From assembly GCA_965153355.1 (NCBI GenBank), contig OZ231126.1:6696001-6760000 (forward strand): a stretch of DNA of 64,000 bases, written 5' to 3'. Of this stretch, positions 1 through 11,483 are shown one piece after another (positions within the stretch are counted from its first letter, which is position 1; each line of letters starts with the position of its first letter). The notes under the pieces were generated by a model, which was not told the origin of the DNA, made no database searches, and saw nothing but the letters and a program-made list of their open reading frames with translations. Position numbers and translations under genes: made by a program. The stretch is from Flaccisagitta enflata (lineage: Eukaryota).

Positions 1-327
1 GATTTTGTTGATTTCAACAGCTTCAACAGGATATTTACTATAGTTTATATAGTAAGAAATATATATTACAATTTTACTCAAAATACGTCATCTTCGATTT
101 TTTTCATTTTCTGCCCATTAAGGGCCCTAAGTGAGCCAACTTTGGTAGAACATTAATCTCAGACACTCCCCGCCCCTAAGGGGCCCAAAATTGGGTCAAA
201 AAAATTTTTACGTTAAATCCGTTGATTTTAGCAGGGGCAGGGTCACGTTTTTACAAGACCATGCTAAAACCGCTGATTTTAACGGGTTTAACGCCAAAAT
301 CCCTTTTTTTGGCCCTCTGCATGCTAA

Positions 328-1070
328 TTTGACATCATGAGACCCTCAAAAAGAGCAAGTGAGCACACATGAGCAGGCATGAGCAAGCATGAGCAAGAAT
401 GCTAAATCCGCTGATTTTAACAGGTTTAACTTCAAATCCCTTAAGTTGGTCCTCCACATGCTTTTTTAACATCATGAGACCCTCTATGGTGACAATAAAG
501 AGCAAGTGAGCACACATGAGCAAGCATGAGCAAGCATGAGCAAGAATGCTAAATTCGCTGATTTTAACGGGTTTAACATAAATGTCCCCTATTTTGACCC
601 TCCACATGCTTATTTGACATCATGAGACTCTCTACGGTTATAAAAGAGAGCATGTGAGCACACATGAGCAAGCATGAGATAACATGAGCAAGAATGCTAA
701 ATCCGCTGATTTTAACGAGTTTAACATAAATATCCCCTAATTTGACCCTCCACACCATTATTTGACATCATGAGACTCTCTAAGGTTACAAAAGAGAGCA
801 AGTGAGCACACATGAGCAAGCATGAGCAAGAATGCTAAATCCGCTGATTTTAACCGGTTTAACATAAAAATCCCCTGTTTTGGTCCTCCACATGCTTATT
901 TGACATCAAGAGACCATCTATGGTGACCATAAAGAGTAAGTGAGCACACATGAGTAAGCATGAGCAAGCATGCTTAATCTGCTGATTCTAACATGTTTAA
1001 CATAAAAATCCCCTATTTTGGTCATCCACATGCTGTTTTGACATCAAGAGACCCTCTATGGTGACAAAAA
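328..1070 (+). repeat. Tandem array of 137-148 bp units within the left arm
   Basis: TTTGACATCA-type junctions at ~328, 465, 613, 761, 899 and 1037, with an internal 10-bp subrepeat CATGAGCAAG. Confidence 0.9.
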
Positions 1071-1173
1071 AAATCTCTCTTAATTCAAAATCAACACCAT
1101 GCTGGTTCAAGTCCTTTTTAATTTTGCTCAACTCACATCTTAATTTTGAATGCGACAACAATACAACTAAACA

Positions 1174-1756
1174 TGGAAGGAATATATGATGGAATTCAAT
1201 AGTAATCCTGAAATTGCACTGTTTGTATCATGTATTTCGTCATCCCGTTTTCATTTTCCTGTTCTGTGCCCAGAGCGTGAAGTGGAAGAAGGGGCCGATG
1301 CTTTATTCTATTTCATACTCAAAGCCGGAATTCGCCAATGTAATTTTGAGTACTTTTGGACAGGGAACCTTTTCTTCTCCAAAAATCACCCACTTTATCG
1401 GAAACTGACCCTCTATTTGGATTTTTGACCTGGCCCAGATGCCAGAGACAATGTATAATCAATACAAGTCGACCGTTGGCGTTAAAGTGGAAGGAAAGGG
1501 CGGTTCAGAAGTATCTACTTGTGAAAACTTTGACTTTGTCGTCAAATGGTGCAATAAAGCTTTGAAACAACATTTGAGTTGGGCGCCAACCCACAAGACC
1601 TGGCTCACAGCTTGTCGTTTGTACAATTTCATGAGAGAACTAAAGTCAAATTTGGATAATTTTCTGCCAATATCAAGGTTCGTGAGTACTATTTTGGTTG
1701 ATTTCATGTCATCCAAGAATTTTCATTACCATCCTCCAACCAACACACCCTCTTAG
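1174..1756 (+). pseudogene. Frameshifted transposase-like remnant (Academ/DUF6589-like catalytic region)
   Basis: ORFs 1186-1428 and 1439-1756 join if one T is removed from the run at 1422-1426, giving KAGIRQCN...LFFSKNHPLYRKL...DFDLAQMP...DFVVKWCNKALK...PTHKTWLTACR. The motif order matches my recollection of this family; not verified by search. Confidence 0.55.
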
Positions 1757-2189
1757 CCCACAGAATTGTCTAGCAAGCGAATCCTCAATAATCTTTGATT
1801 ATCAAAACCAAGGCCAAGCATGTCATTTTGTTTTACTTATTTGCTATGCCACTTTTAGGTCTGTATGTCAGTCAGTCCATCCTTCTCTTTGACGGCCCTT
1901 ACATTTTACTTTTAGGGTGCTTTTATTGTGTGATAAGTCAGGCATGCATTCCTTAGCCCAGCAAGGGCCTCATCAGGTTTCAATGGATTTGCCAGGGATG
2001 GATTCAACAATGGCCACAAAAAATGTGCCATGGAAAGTATGGTAGAGCACCTTCGTGTCCACGTTTTTGATAATGGAAGGTACTTGCGCTCTAAAAAGTT
2101 GACGTCACCAAATGGAGGACAAATTGACCCTAGTATACTGCAAATTTGTCGAGTAAGACAAGAATTGTTGATTAGGATCAATTACAGTA

Positions 2190-2279
2190 AAAACAAGGCC
2201 ATGAAGGTCAAGTAGGTGTGCCGTGTGGATTGTCAAACAAATGTGTTACCGATGGAGGTCCTTAGGTGCACTTAAAAAT
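2190..2279 (-). mobile_element. Short degenerate HINE (family E-like)
   Basis: The minus strand starts TTTTAAGTGCACC and ends GGCCTTGTTTT. Confidence 0.4.
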
Positions 2280-2798
2280 ATGTTCACACTGAACTTGTAC
2301 ACACCTTTTTGGTTGATTGGTTTTTCCCTAACATCCATCTAGTGAAGCTGCTTTATTGCCCTAATGACGGGGTGTGCTCAAGCGGTTCTCCACTGTTTTT
2401 ATTTATTTTTGTTTTTTCTCAGTCATTCTTACCTGATTGCTCAGTTGGTCTTTTTCCACAGTTGTCCTCATACACCCTTAAATTATTTTTCATACCATAT
2501 AAACAGGTTGGAGAACAAAACCAAAAAATTTTGTACACACACTACATGGAGACTGGAGAGATTAAAAGACTGCTTGTTGACAAAGATTTGATTTCATGTT
2601 CTGCAATGATTTTTTTACATATCATGAAATGTGCTTTAGAAAAAGGATGCAGATTTCGACCAAAAAAAGGTACAAGGATAACATTTGTTTAAGGCAAGAG
2701 TTTCTGGGGCGGCTGGTTGTCAAAGAGCGCTCGCAGTGCATTTCATTTTTTTTAATCATATTTTTTTTTGGCAAATAAGACTGGGCAAAATGAACAGC

Positions 2799-3010
2799 TT
2801 TTTAGTCGCATGCTACGCGACTCTACACCCCGCAATGTCAGTCCGTCGATCGGTCGGTCGGTTGGTCGGTTGGTCGGTCCCCTTTTTACTTTTTTGGCGT
2901 TTTCGAGCTTTTTGAGCCTACTGCTCCTGCCCAAATGCTCTGGTGACCTTCTCCAGCACTGCTTCTGCTCACCCGCACGCAACTGGGGTAGCCGTGTATC
3001 CGGCCTGGTT
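2799..3010 (+). mobile_element. Non-autonomous Helentron/DINE-1-like element (HINE family A)
   Basis: T-run, 5' hairpin AGTCGCATGCTACGCGACT, GTCG/GGTC microsatellite, 3' subTIR GCACGCAACT, hairpin GCCG-TGTATC-CGGC, end CTGGTT. Confidence 0.85.
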
Positions 3011-3049
3011 AGTAGTGGACCAGCTATGTTGGTTGGTGATCTGGAAAAA

Positions 3050-3696
3050 GAATCGCAGGTTGGTTGGTCCCCTTTTGGGCAGCGGCCCCGAAGGGGCCGA
3101 TGACCTATGCTTTCACACAGGGGAATTTTCTCCTCCTTCTTCTCCTCCTCCTTCAGCGTACCCCCCCAAGCCCAAGCCTCAAAGACAAAATTCTTCCTCA
3201 TAGGGCCTCCGGACCCAAATCCTAGCCTCAAAGCCCAAAATCCTACCCTCAAACCCAAATTTAAGGCCCAAGGCCCAAATCCGAGTCTCAAGCTTCAAAT
3301 CATCATCTCCAGATCCAAATTAAAGCCTCAAGACTCAAATAGTCACAATTCACTCAAACAAAAGTTTTAGTAACATTCCGCAGATAGAAATTCACCTACA
3401 AATTACCTGTCACTTCTTTTTAGTAATCTTTTTAGTTAGCCATCCTGAACTAATCAAGACAGCATAGGTCATCGGCTCCTTCGGGGCTGCTGCCCCTCTC
3501 ACCATCACACATCCACATACTCACATAGGGGCAACGGGTACCGCTGACCATCTAACGCTTTTGCGACTATTTACTTTTTCGGCGTTTTTTAGCTTTTTGA
3601 GAACACGGCTCCTACCCAGATGCCCTAGTGACCTTCTCCAACCCTGCTCCTGCCCACCTGCACGTGACTAGGGTTGCCGTGTTTCCAGCCTTGTTT
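3050..3696 (+). mobile_element. 5'-damaged HINE family A interrupted by a family B element
   Basis: GGTCCCCTTTT at 3066-3076 resumes as TACTTTTTCGGCG after ~3572 and ends GCCGTGTTTCCAGCCTTGTTT. Confidence 0.75.
3073..3572 (+). mobile_element. HINE family B (long subTIR, internal ~20-bp repeats, 3' tail)
   Basis: TTTT-GGGCAGCGGCCCCGAAGGGGCCGATGACCTATG at the start, its inverted copy at ~3463-3495, and the tail GGGGCAACGGGTACCGCTGACCATCTAACGCTTTTGCGACTATT. Confidence 0.85.
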
Positions 3697-3710
3697 ATTT
3701 TTTATTCTAA

Positions 3711-4215
3711 TTGCTCATGTGTGCTCACTTACTCTTTATGGTCACCATAGATGGTCTCTTGATGTCAAATAAGCATGTGGAGGACCAAAATAGGGGATTT
3801 TTATGTTAAACCTGTTAAAATCAGCGGATTTAGCATTTTTGCTCATGCTTGCTCATGTGTGCTCACTTGCTCTCTTTTATAACCATAGAGAGTCTCATGA
3901 TGTCAAATAAGCATGTGGAGGGTCAAAATAGGGGATATTTATGTTAAACCCGTTAAAATCAGCGGATTTAGCATTCTTGCGCATTCTTGCTCATGCTTGC
4001 TCATGCTTGCTCATGTGTGCTCACTTGCTCTTTATTGTCACCATAGAGGGTCTCATGATGTTAAAAAAGCATGTGGAGGACCAAAATAGAAGATTTGAAG
4101 TTAAAACCGTTAAAATCAGCGGATTTAGCATTCTTGCTCATGCTTGCTCATGCCTGCTCATGTGTGCTCACTTGCTCTTTTTTGTCACCTTTGAGGGTCT
4201 CATGATGTCAAATTA
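3711..4215 (-). repeat. Tandem array within the right arm of the foldback element
   Basis: Reverse-complement junctions at ~3760, 3898, 4056 and 4203. Confidence 0.9.
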
Positions 4216-5149
4216 GCATGCGGAGGGCCAAAAAAGGGGATTTTGGCGTTAAACCCGTTAAAATCAGCGGTTTTAGCATGGTCTTGTAAAAAAGTTACCC
4301 TGCCCCCGCTAAAATCAACGGATTTAACGTAAAAATTTTTTTGCCCCAATTTTGGGCCCCTTAGGGGCGGGGAGTATCTGAGATTAATGTTCCACCAAAG
4401 TCGGCTCATTTAGGGCCCTTAATGGGCAGAAAATGAAAAAAATCAATGATGACGTATTTTGAGTAAAATTTTAATATATATTTCTTACTATATAAAATAT
4501 AGTAAATATCCTGTTGAAGCTGTTGAAATCAACAAAATCGAGAGGGGCCCCGCTAATTCCAACGGATCAATACACGCTGAGACACAGCCCGATCGCATCG
4601 TTGCCCAGTTCGGCTTGTTTATGCTTTATTGATTAATGAAAAAATGTTGTAAAATTTACGAGCAAGATAGGACTATACATATTTGCAGATTATCATTTAA
4701 TCATTATTTCTATGTTATAAAAGACATCATGGATATTCTCTATGAGTCAATAGATTGTAAGCCCGTTTTGATATGAAAATCATTATCCAATGCAATGCCC
4801 AATATAATGTTAATGTGATCATCCTAACATGCTTCATGCAAGGACAATATTATCATCCAATGAGATATAAAAATCCTTATCCAATACAGCACACTGTGCC
4901 TGATATGATTTTTTCCTGTATTCCAAAAAAGGACCTAAAATGTTCCAATGAGGCATACTGTTCCATTTTATTCTCCACTCTATATTTCACCTGACAAAGG
5001 CGCTAAAAATCATCCAATGTGGTACACTGTGCCACATTCCATTTTATTCTCAATCTTATATTCCACGCGACGACGGACCTAAAAATTCATAGTAACAGCG
5101 ATGGTTCCCAAATAAGACATAATGGATGAACTTCCCCTTTTCAAAATGT

Positions 5150-5459
5150 CTTTTCTTTTTCTTTTATCTTTCTTTTTCTCACTTTCTGTGTCTTATTCTT
5201 TTATCCAATTCTTTTTGGGCTTCTCTCCACTCTCTATCCTCTCTCCTTGCCTTCTTCACTCGTTTCTTTTTTTACCTTTCTGTCTTTCTTTCTTACTGTC
5301 TTTCTTTCTGTCTTTCTTTCTTTCTGTCTTTCTTTCTTCTTGTCTTTCTTTCTGTCTTCCTTTTATTCTTTCATTCATTCTTTCTTTCTTTCTTTCTTTC
5401 TTACTGTGCTTCTGTTTTTCTTCCATTCTTTCATTAATTCATTCATTCTTTCTTTCTTC

Positions 5460-5490
<31 letters not shown>

Positions 5491-5861
5491 TCCTTTCGTT
5501 CTTTCTTTCTTTCTTTCTTTCTGTCTTTTGTCCTTTCGTTCTCTCTTTCTTTCATCCTTCTTTCTTTCTTTTTTAGATGCGTCCTCGCATCTCTATAAGA
5601 GGGTCTGTCCGTCCATCGGTCCGTCGGTCGGTCCGTCGGTCAGTCCGTCGGTCGGTCCGTTACGCCTTTTTGAAAGTCGCAGTTTTTGGCACTTTTCAGC
5701 CGCGAGGATGTCGTGTATCAAGTCATTAGGATATCTTACAAGCCTTGTACAATATTAGGTCTTCATCTGTCTGTCCATCCAAGTCTAGCGCTATGGTCAA
5801 TACACGCAAAGACACAGTCAGGACGCATCGTTGCTCGATCGGGCTTGTTTCTTTCTTTCAT

Positions 5862-5936
<75 letters not shown>

Positions 5937-6060
5937 CTCTTTCTTTCTTTCTTTCTTTCTTTCTTTCATTTTTTCTTTTTTCTTTCTTTCTTACTTTGTT
6001 TGTTTGTTTGTTTGTTTGTTTGTTACTTAAATTCATTCATTCATTCATTTAATCATTCTT
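5150..6060. repeat. (CTTT)n-rich microsatellite region
   Basis: Direct reading; interrupted by the HINE at 5570-5850. Confidence 0.95.
5570..5850 (+). mobile_element. HINE family C
   Basis: TTTT-AGATGCG-TCCT-CGCATCT hairpin, GTCC microsatellite, 3' subTIR GGACGCATC, hairpin GCTCGATCGGGC, end TTGTTT. Confidence 0.85.
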
Positions 6061-6063
6061 TCT

Positions 6064-7889
6064 TTTTAGTCGCGTGAACGCGACTCTAGAAGCCGCTATG
6101 TTGGTCAGTCGGTCTGTCGGTCCGTCAGTCCGTAGGTAACCAAAACAAATAAACGCCTTTTTATTCATCTTTAGGGTCATTTAAGTCATTCTAGATGTAA
6201 AATTAATCATTTAGAATTAACTTGAGTCATTTTAAGTTATTTTAGTAATTTGCATCGGGTAAGTCAGGAAAGTTGTCTGGGACTATAAATGAAGGGATTA
6301 TAGGTATTTATACACCGTCTTTAAATCGAATTGACTTATGTTAAACCTTTATAAATCATAAACTACTTGGCAAAAAGTCTTCAAATTTTCAGAGAATGTT
6401 GGTAACATACTGCGGTTTTGATATACAAATTGGAGTATTAGATAGTTATGGATTGGCAAAACATCAAATAAAATTCACTTTTGAAGCAGCGACAATTCTT
6501 CCATATTTCCTTCCGCAAAGAAGCTTTCTTTATTTGCACGCTATTTCTAAAGAAAAAAAGCTAACAGGGTGTGCAAAATTATCCAGACTTGCTCCATAGA
6601 AAGAAAACTATACTTAGAAGTGACCCAGAACTATGAAATTTGAGCCTGAGTACCCCAGTTAATTATAATAGAAGCTAAAATTGTTGGTAAGCCTTTTCTA
6701 GATCCCTTGTCACTATGGGAGTTAAATGAATTGAAGCAATGATTTTGATTTTGACATGATTTTATGTTATAGAAAAAATAGGTAACAAAATCATAGATTT
6801 TTGTATTTGTAACCACTCCATAGTAACTTTCTTAGCTTGACTCACACTAGGCTGAGGTAGGTAAATTAAGTCAACATCAATGGAGCTCACATATGCTAAT
6901 AAACTAGGCTTAAAGGGAAAGAAAAACTAACATCAGAATTACAGTTTTTTTTTAATCAATCCTTTCATGGAGTGTTTTATCTGAGTCAAATTTACCTGAA
7001 AAGTTTTATTTCTGACTTTTTTATTCTTTGTAAATTTTGTTTTGAATGGTAAAAAAGATACTTTTTCAAATCTACCCCTTCTGGTTTCAAAAATTATTAT
7101 TTGTTCAGGATTTTTAAGAAAAGTAATTGCTAATTCCGGATGATTATGCACTCCCTGTTATAGCCCCGGGGAAGGTCTCAAATGGCAGACAATATATCAT
7201 AGATTTCAGTTCTGTTAAAAATTCTTAGAAAATTTGGATATTTCAAGAGGTTACGATTGATTTGAAAAAAAAATTCTGCTGTCATGCAGACTTCAAATTC
7301 TGGAAAATTGATCAAAATCTTTATAAATGTAAAAGAAATTAAAAGATACGTTTTTTTTTTCATTTAAAACCAGTCTCAGGGTTCCAGCTCATTGTATTTT
7401 GAAATGGTAAATTTGTACTAACAACTTCTTTCAAAAAAACCTATGAAATAAGTGATTTTGCCCTTAAAAATTCACTTTTTTCAATGATTTGCTGATCCTC
7501 ACCTTTCTATAACCAAAAATTGAAGTTTTGCTTAACAAAACCGCAGTGTATTACCAACATTCTCTGAAAATTTGAAGATTTTTTCCCAAGTAGTTTAGGA
7601 TTTATAAAGGTTTAACATAAGTCAATTCGATTTAGAGACGGTGTAGATAATTATGGGTAAGTATAGGTAAATATAGATAATTGTAATTAATTAAATGTAT
7701 TCATAGGTAATTTAAAGTATGTAGGTAACTATGGGTAATTATGGGAAGATATAGGTACTTATAAAAACCTTCATTACCTTTATTACCTTTATTACCTTTG
7801 TTACCTTTATTACCTTTATTTCCTTTCTTACCTATATTGCCATAATTACCTTTATTACCACGCGACTAAGGTTTGTTGACCTTGTTTTT
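6064..7889 (+). mobile_element. HINE subfamily A2 hosting a MITE
   Basis: Starts TTTTAGTCGCGTGAACGCGACT and ends CACGCGACTAAGGTTTGTTGACCTTGTTTT. Confidence 0.75.
6313..7643. mobile_element. Tc1/mariner-type non-autonomous TIR element
   Basis: ~110-bp TIRs (CACCGTCTTTAAATCGAATTGAC... / ...GTCAATTCGATTTAGAGACGGTG); TA at 6311-6312 and 7644-7645. Confidence 0.9.
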
Positions 7890-8087
7890 CTTCATACCAT
7901 CCTTCTTTTTCCTCTCTGTTTTTTCTGTCTGTCTGTCTTTCTATCTGTCTTTCCTTAATTCATTCTTTTTTTCTTTCCTTTCCATGAAATAGCGGTCCCT
8001 CGATCACGGCCTTTTTTCCATCTTTCTTTTGAAGGAGTTGAATTCAAGTCACGTCAATTTTGAAGAGGGAAGAGGCCATAGTCACAA

Positions 8088-8605
8088 CCTCTCTGTCTCT
8101 GTCTCTGTCCCTGTCTCTCTCACTGCCTCTGTCTTTGTCTCTGTCTTTGTCTCTGTCTCTCTCACTGTTTATGTCTCTGCCTGTCTTTGTCTCTGTCCCT
8201 GTCTCTCTCACTGCCTCTGTCTTTGTCTCTTTCTGTCTCTGTCTCTGTCTCTGTCTCTGTCTATGTCTCTGTCTTTGTCTTTCTCACTGCCTCTGTCTTT
8301 GTCTCTGTCTCTGTCTCTGCCTGTGCCTCTGTCTCTGTCTTTATATATTTCAGTTTTTCTCTATCTTTGTTTTATTTTATATCTGCCTCTGTATATGTCC
8401 CTCTCTCTGCCTATATCTCTGCCTCTGTCCCCCTCTCTGTCTCTATCCCTCCATCTGCCTGTCTCTGTTACTGTCCCACGCTCCATTCCTGGCCTTCTCT
8501 CTGTCTCTGTCTCTGTTTCTGTCTCTGTATCTGTTTTTCCGTCTGTCTGTCTTTAAGTCGGTCTTTTAGTTTGTTTCTCTGTGTGTCTCTGTCTTTTTCG
8601 CTATT

Positions 8606-8659
<54 letters not shown>
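8088..8659. repeat. (TCTCTG)n/(CT)n block flanked by a 15-bp direct repeat
   Basis: AGGCCATAGTCACAA at 8073-8087 and 8660-8674. Confidence 0.9.
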
Positions 8660-8662
<3 letters not shown>

Positions 8663-8749
8663 CCATAGTCACAATGAATGAGGTGGAATGACAATTGGCG
8701 GTCTCTTCAATTGTAGGTCTCTTCTTCTCACCCGCCTTTGTTCTTCATT

Positions 8750-9125
8750 TCTTAATGTTTCCCCTTATTGAGCTGTGTTCTTTATGTTTCCTCTTGTTAA
8801 ACCGTGTTCTTCATATTTTCCCATACCAAATTGCTGGGTTCTTAATGTTTCCTTTTATTGAGCTGTGTTCTTAATGATTCCTCTGGTTGAGCTGTGTTCC
8901 TAATGTTTCCCCTTATTGAGCTGTTTTCTTATTTTTTCTGTTTCCCCTTATTGAGCTGTGTTCTTATTGTTCCCAGTTTCCCCTCGTTGAGCTGTGTTCT
9001 TATTTTTCCCAGTTTCCCCTTGTTGAGCTGGGTTCTTAATGTTTCCCCTTATTGAGCTGTGTTCTTAATGCTTTCCTTGGTTGAGCTGTGTTCTCAATGT
9101 TTCCCCTGATTGAGCTGTGTTCTTA
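8750..9125. repeat. ~29-bp minisatellite
   Basis: Repeated TTGAGCTGTGTTCTTAATGTTTCCCCTTA-like units. Confidence 0.85.
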
Positions 9126-9250
9126 AATGAGGTGGTTTGATCTCAAAAAGAAAAAAAAAAGCAATTTTTCATTCAATGTTCTATTTGTCATTTGAATTAA
9201 GATAAACATCAGTCTGCTTTAAAACTTTATGTAAGATAAACTTGTTGACC

Positions 9251-9466
9251 AACAAGGCCGGATACACAGCTACCAATGTTGCGTGCGGCTGGGCAGGGAC
9301 CATATTTGAGGTCACATTATCATTTTGGCAGGAGTAGTAATGCTGAAGACCGCAAAAAAAAACAAAAAGTTAAGTTTGACAGGCGGACAGACCAAAGGAC
9401 CGACGGACCAACAGACCAACAGACCAACAAAGCGGGGTGAAGGGTCGCGTAGCACGTGACTAAAAA
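9251..9466 (-). mobile_element. HINE family A
   Basis: AACAAGGCCGGATACAC at the left and GTCGCGTAGCACGTGACTAAAAA at the right. Confidence 0.8.
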
Positions 9467-9679
9467 GTTAAACCAGGAGAGAGATAAAACAATGAAAGAT
9501 AAACAATGTAAAATATCTACGAGCGGAGGAGAGAGACCCAGTTAAAGAGAGGAAATACACAAAGGACGCACGTAAAAGAAATGCCATCAAAGGAGAGGAG
9601 AGAGGTAAATAGATAAAGTGAACATGAGACAAATTGCGCCAAAGAGACAAGTTCCAAAGGGGCAGACAGAACATGGACA

Positions 9680-10010
9680 TATGGAGGGATATAGCCACAT
9701 GACGAACCACAGTCATGAGTGCCTAGTCCCCACGGACACTACCATAAGAAAGGACACAGTCATTAGAAGGGACACGGCGATGAGAAGGGACACAAGTAGC
9801 CATAACAAGGGACACAGCCATGAGAGGAACACTACCATAATCAAGCGTACAGCTGTATGCTAAGGACACAGATGCAAGGCAGTACTCAGGAATATGAAGG
9901 GACATTGCTATTAGAAAGGACAAATCAATTTGAAAGAACAGAGCTGTTTGAAAGGACACAGCAATTAGAAGGAACAGAGCCATAAGAAAGGACAGAGTAA
10001 TAAGAAGGAA
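9680..10010. repeat. Degenerate ~18-bp minisatellite
   Basis: Recurrent AAGG(G)ACACAGCCAT-like units. Confidence 0.6.
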
Positions 10011-10204
10011 GGTTCCGATGTTGAGTTTTCTCAAAGGAGCAAGAAAGAAACACTTTTTTTTTTGCTTTGCGTCGACCAATATTGCGGCAGGAAATAATGA
10101 ATTTTTGATCCCAGGTTTCTGACCACTGAGCCGAAGCATTCGCAGCGGAGGCCCGCTGACCCGCAGCGCAGATGTATAGGAAAGAGCAATGAAATAAGGG
10201 AGAA

Positions 10205-10450
<246 letters not shown>

Positions 10451-10976
10451 TGCATGGGTATGTGTATGTATGTTTGTGTGGTTTGTGTATGGTCTGTGCA
10501 TAGCGTTCATGCCTATGTCGCACTGAAAATAAGCATCGAATTTGCTACCCATGCCCAATGAATCGTGATTTTTATAAAATGAAATTGGCGGAAATTTTTT
10601 TGTAGTTTTCAAAAAAGTTGTGAATCGATATATTTTGCATGGATAAACTTTCACATGCCAATTTTTACCTCTAAACTTCTCATTTTTTTGTTGAAAAATA
10701 GGCGAAAAACATAGAAAAATTCAATTTGTAATTCTACCATGACCTACACACAATTACAAATTTGCATAAAAAATCAAAATATTCACAAAATAAGAAAAAA
10801 TCATGTACTGAGCGCGCTTTGTTCTTATTTTGTTGACATTTTGATTTTCTATGCAAATTTGTAATTCTGTCTAAGAGATGAGATGAGATGATTGTAGATA
10901 ATTTTTGTACTTTTTTGGCACTTTATCACCGAATTTCTCTCAATCATTATGCATTCATCTCATTTGGCGATTACAG

Positions 10977-11086
10977 AATGGAGATTCTTAATAACTTAAC
11001 ATCAGGGTTATCAAGGTTGAAAAAAAAATGATAGAGATATTGACTGGAGCAAAATCAGTGATGGAAATGGTAATTATGTCCTCTGG
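10977..11086 (+). other. Possible exon (5' UTR or first coding exon)
   Basis: TTACAG acceptor and strong TGG|GTAAGT donor in unique sequence; no recognisable peptide. Confidence 0.25.
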
Positions 11087-11125
11087 GTAAGTTCTTCCGG
11101 TTCAATTTTCAGTGCGTCCTATGTA

Positions 11126-11339
11126 TTTTTAGTCGCGTGCTACGCGACTCTACACCCCGCTTTGTCGGTACGTCAGTCCGTCCTTCAGTACGTTGGTTCG
11201 TCTGTCCGTCACACTTTACTTTTTCTGGGTTTTTACGGTTTTAGGCCTTACTGCTTCTGTCCAAATGATCTGGTGACCTCAATTACGGCCCCTGCCCACC
11301 CGCACGCGACCGGGGTAGCCGTGTATCCGGCCTTGTTTT
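11126..11339 (+). mobile_element. HINE family A (intact)
   Basis: TTTTTAGTCGCGTGCTACGCGACT ... GCACGCGACC ... GCCGTGTATCCGGCCTTGTTTT. Confidence 0.9.
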
Positions 11340-11483
11340 CCTGTCACTCCTCGTCAATTGTTTATGAAGTCTCCTATTTGAAACATCCTATCATACTGCA
11401 TCTTCTACTACCCTCCCGTTGTATCCTTTTTTTCCTTTACCCTAGCTGGTCCAGTAACCATCTGAATCCTCAAGTTGGTCCAT

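Larger units (their letters stand above)
1..4555. mobile_element. Foldback-type DNA transposon (internally deleted, Academ-like); left end lies just outside the window
   Basis: Positions 1-~960 are the reverse complement of ~3711-4539. Both arms contain 138-158 bp tandem subunits. The spacer holds a transposase-like remnant. The right arm appears to end ...GGGGCCCCGCTA at 4555. Confidence 0.85.

Noticed and set aside
1081-1716. Stop-poor minus-strand frame including ORF 1459-1716
   Set aside because: It has several stops and no motifs; best explained as the antisense shadow of the + strand remnant.
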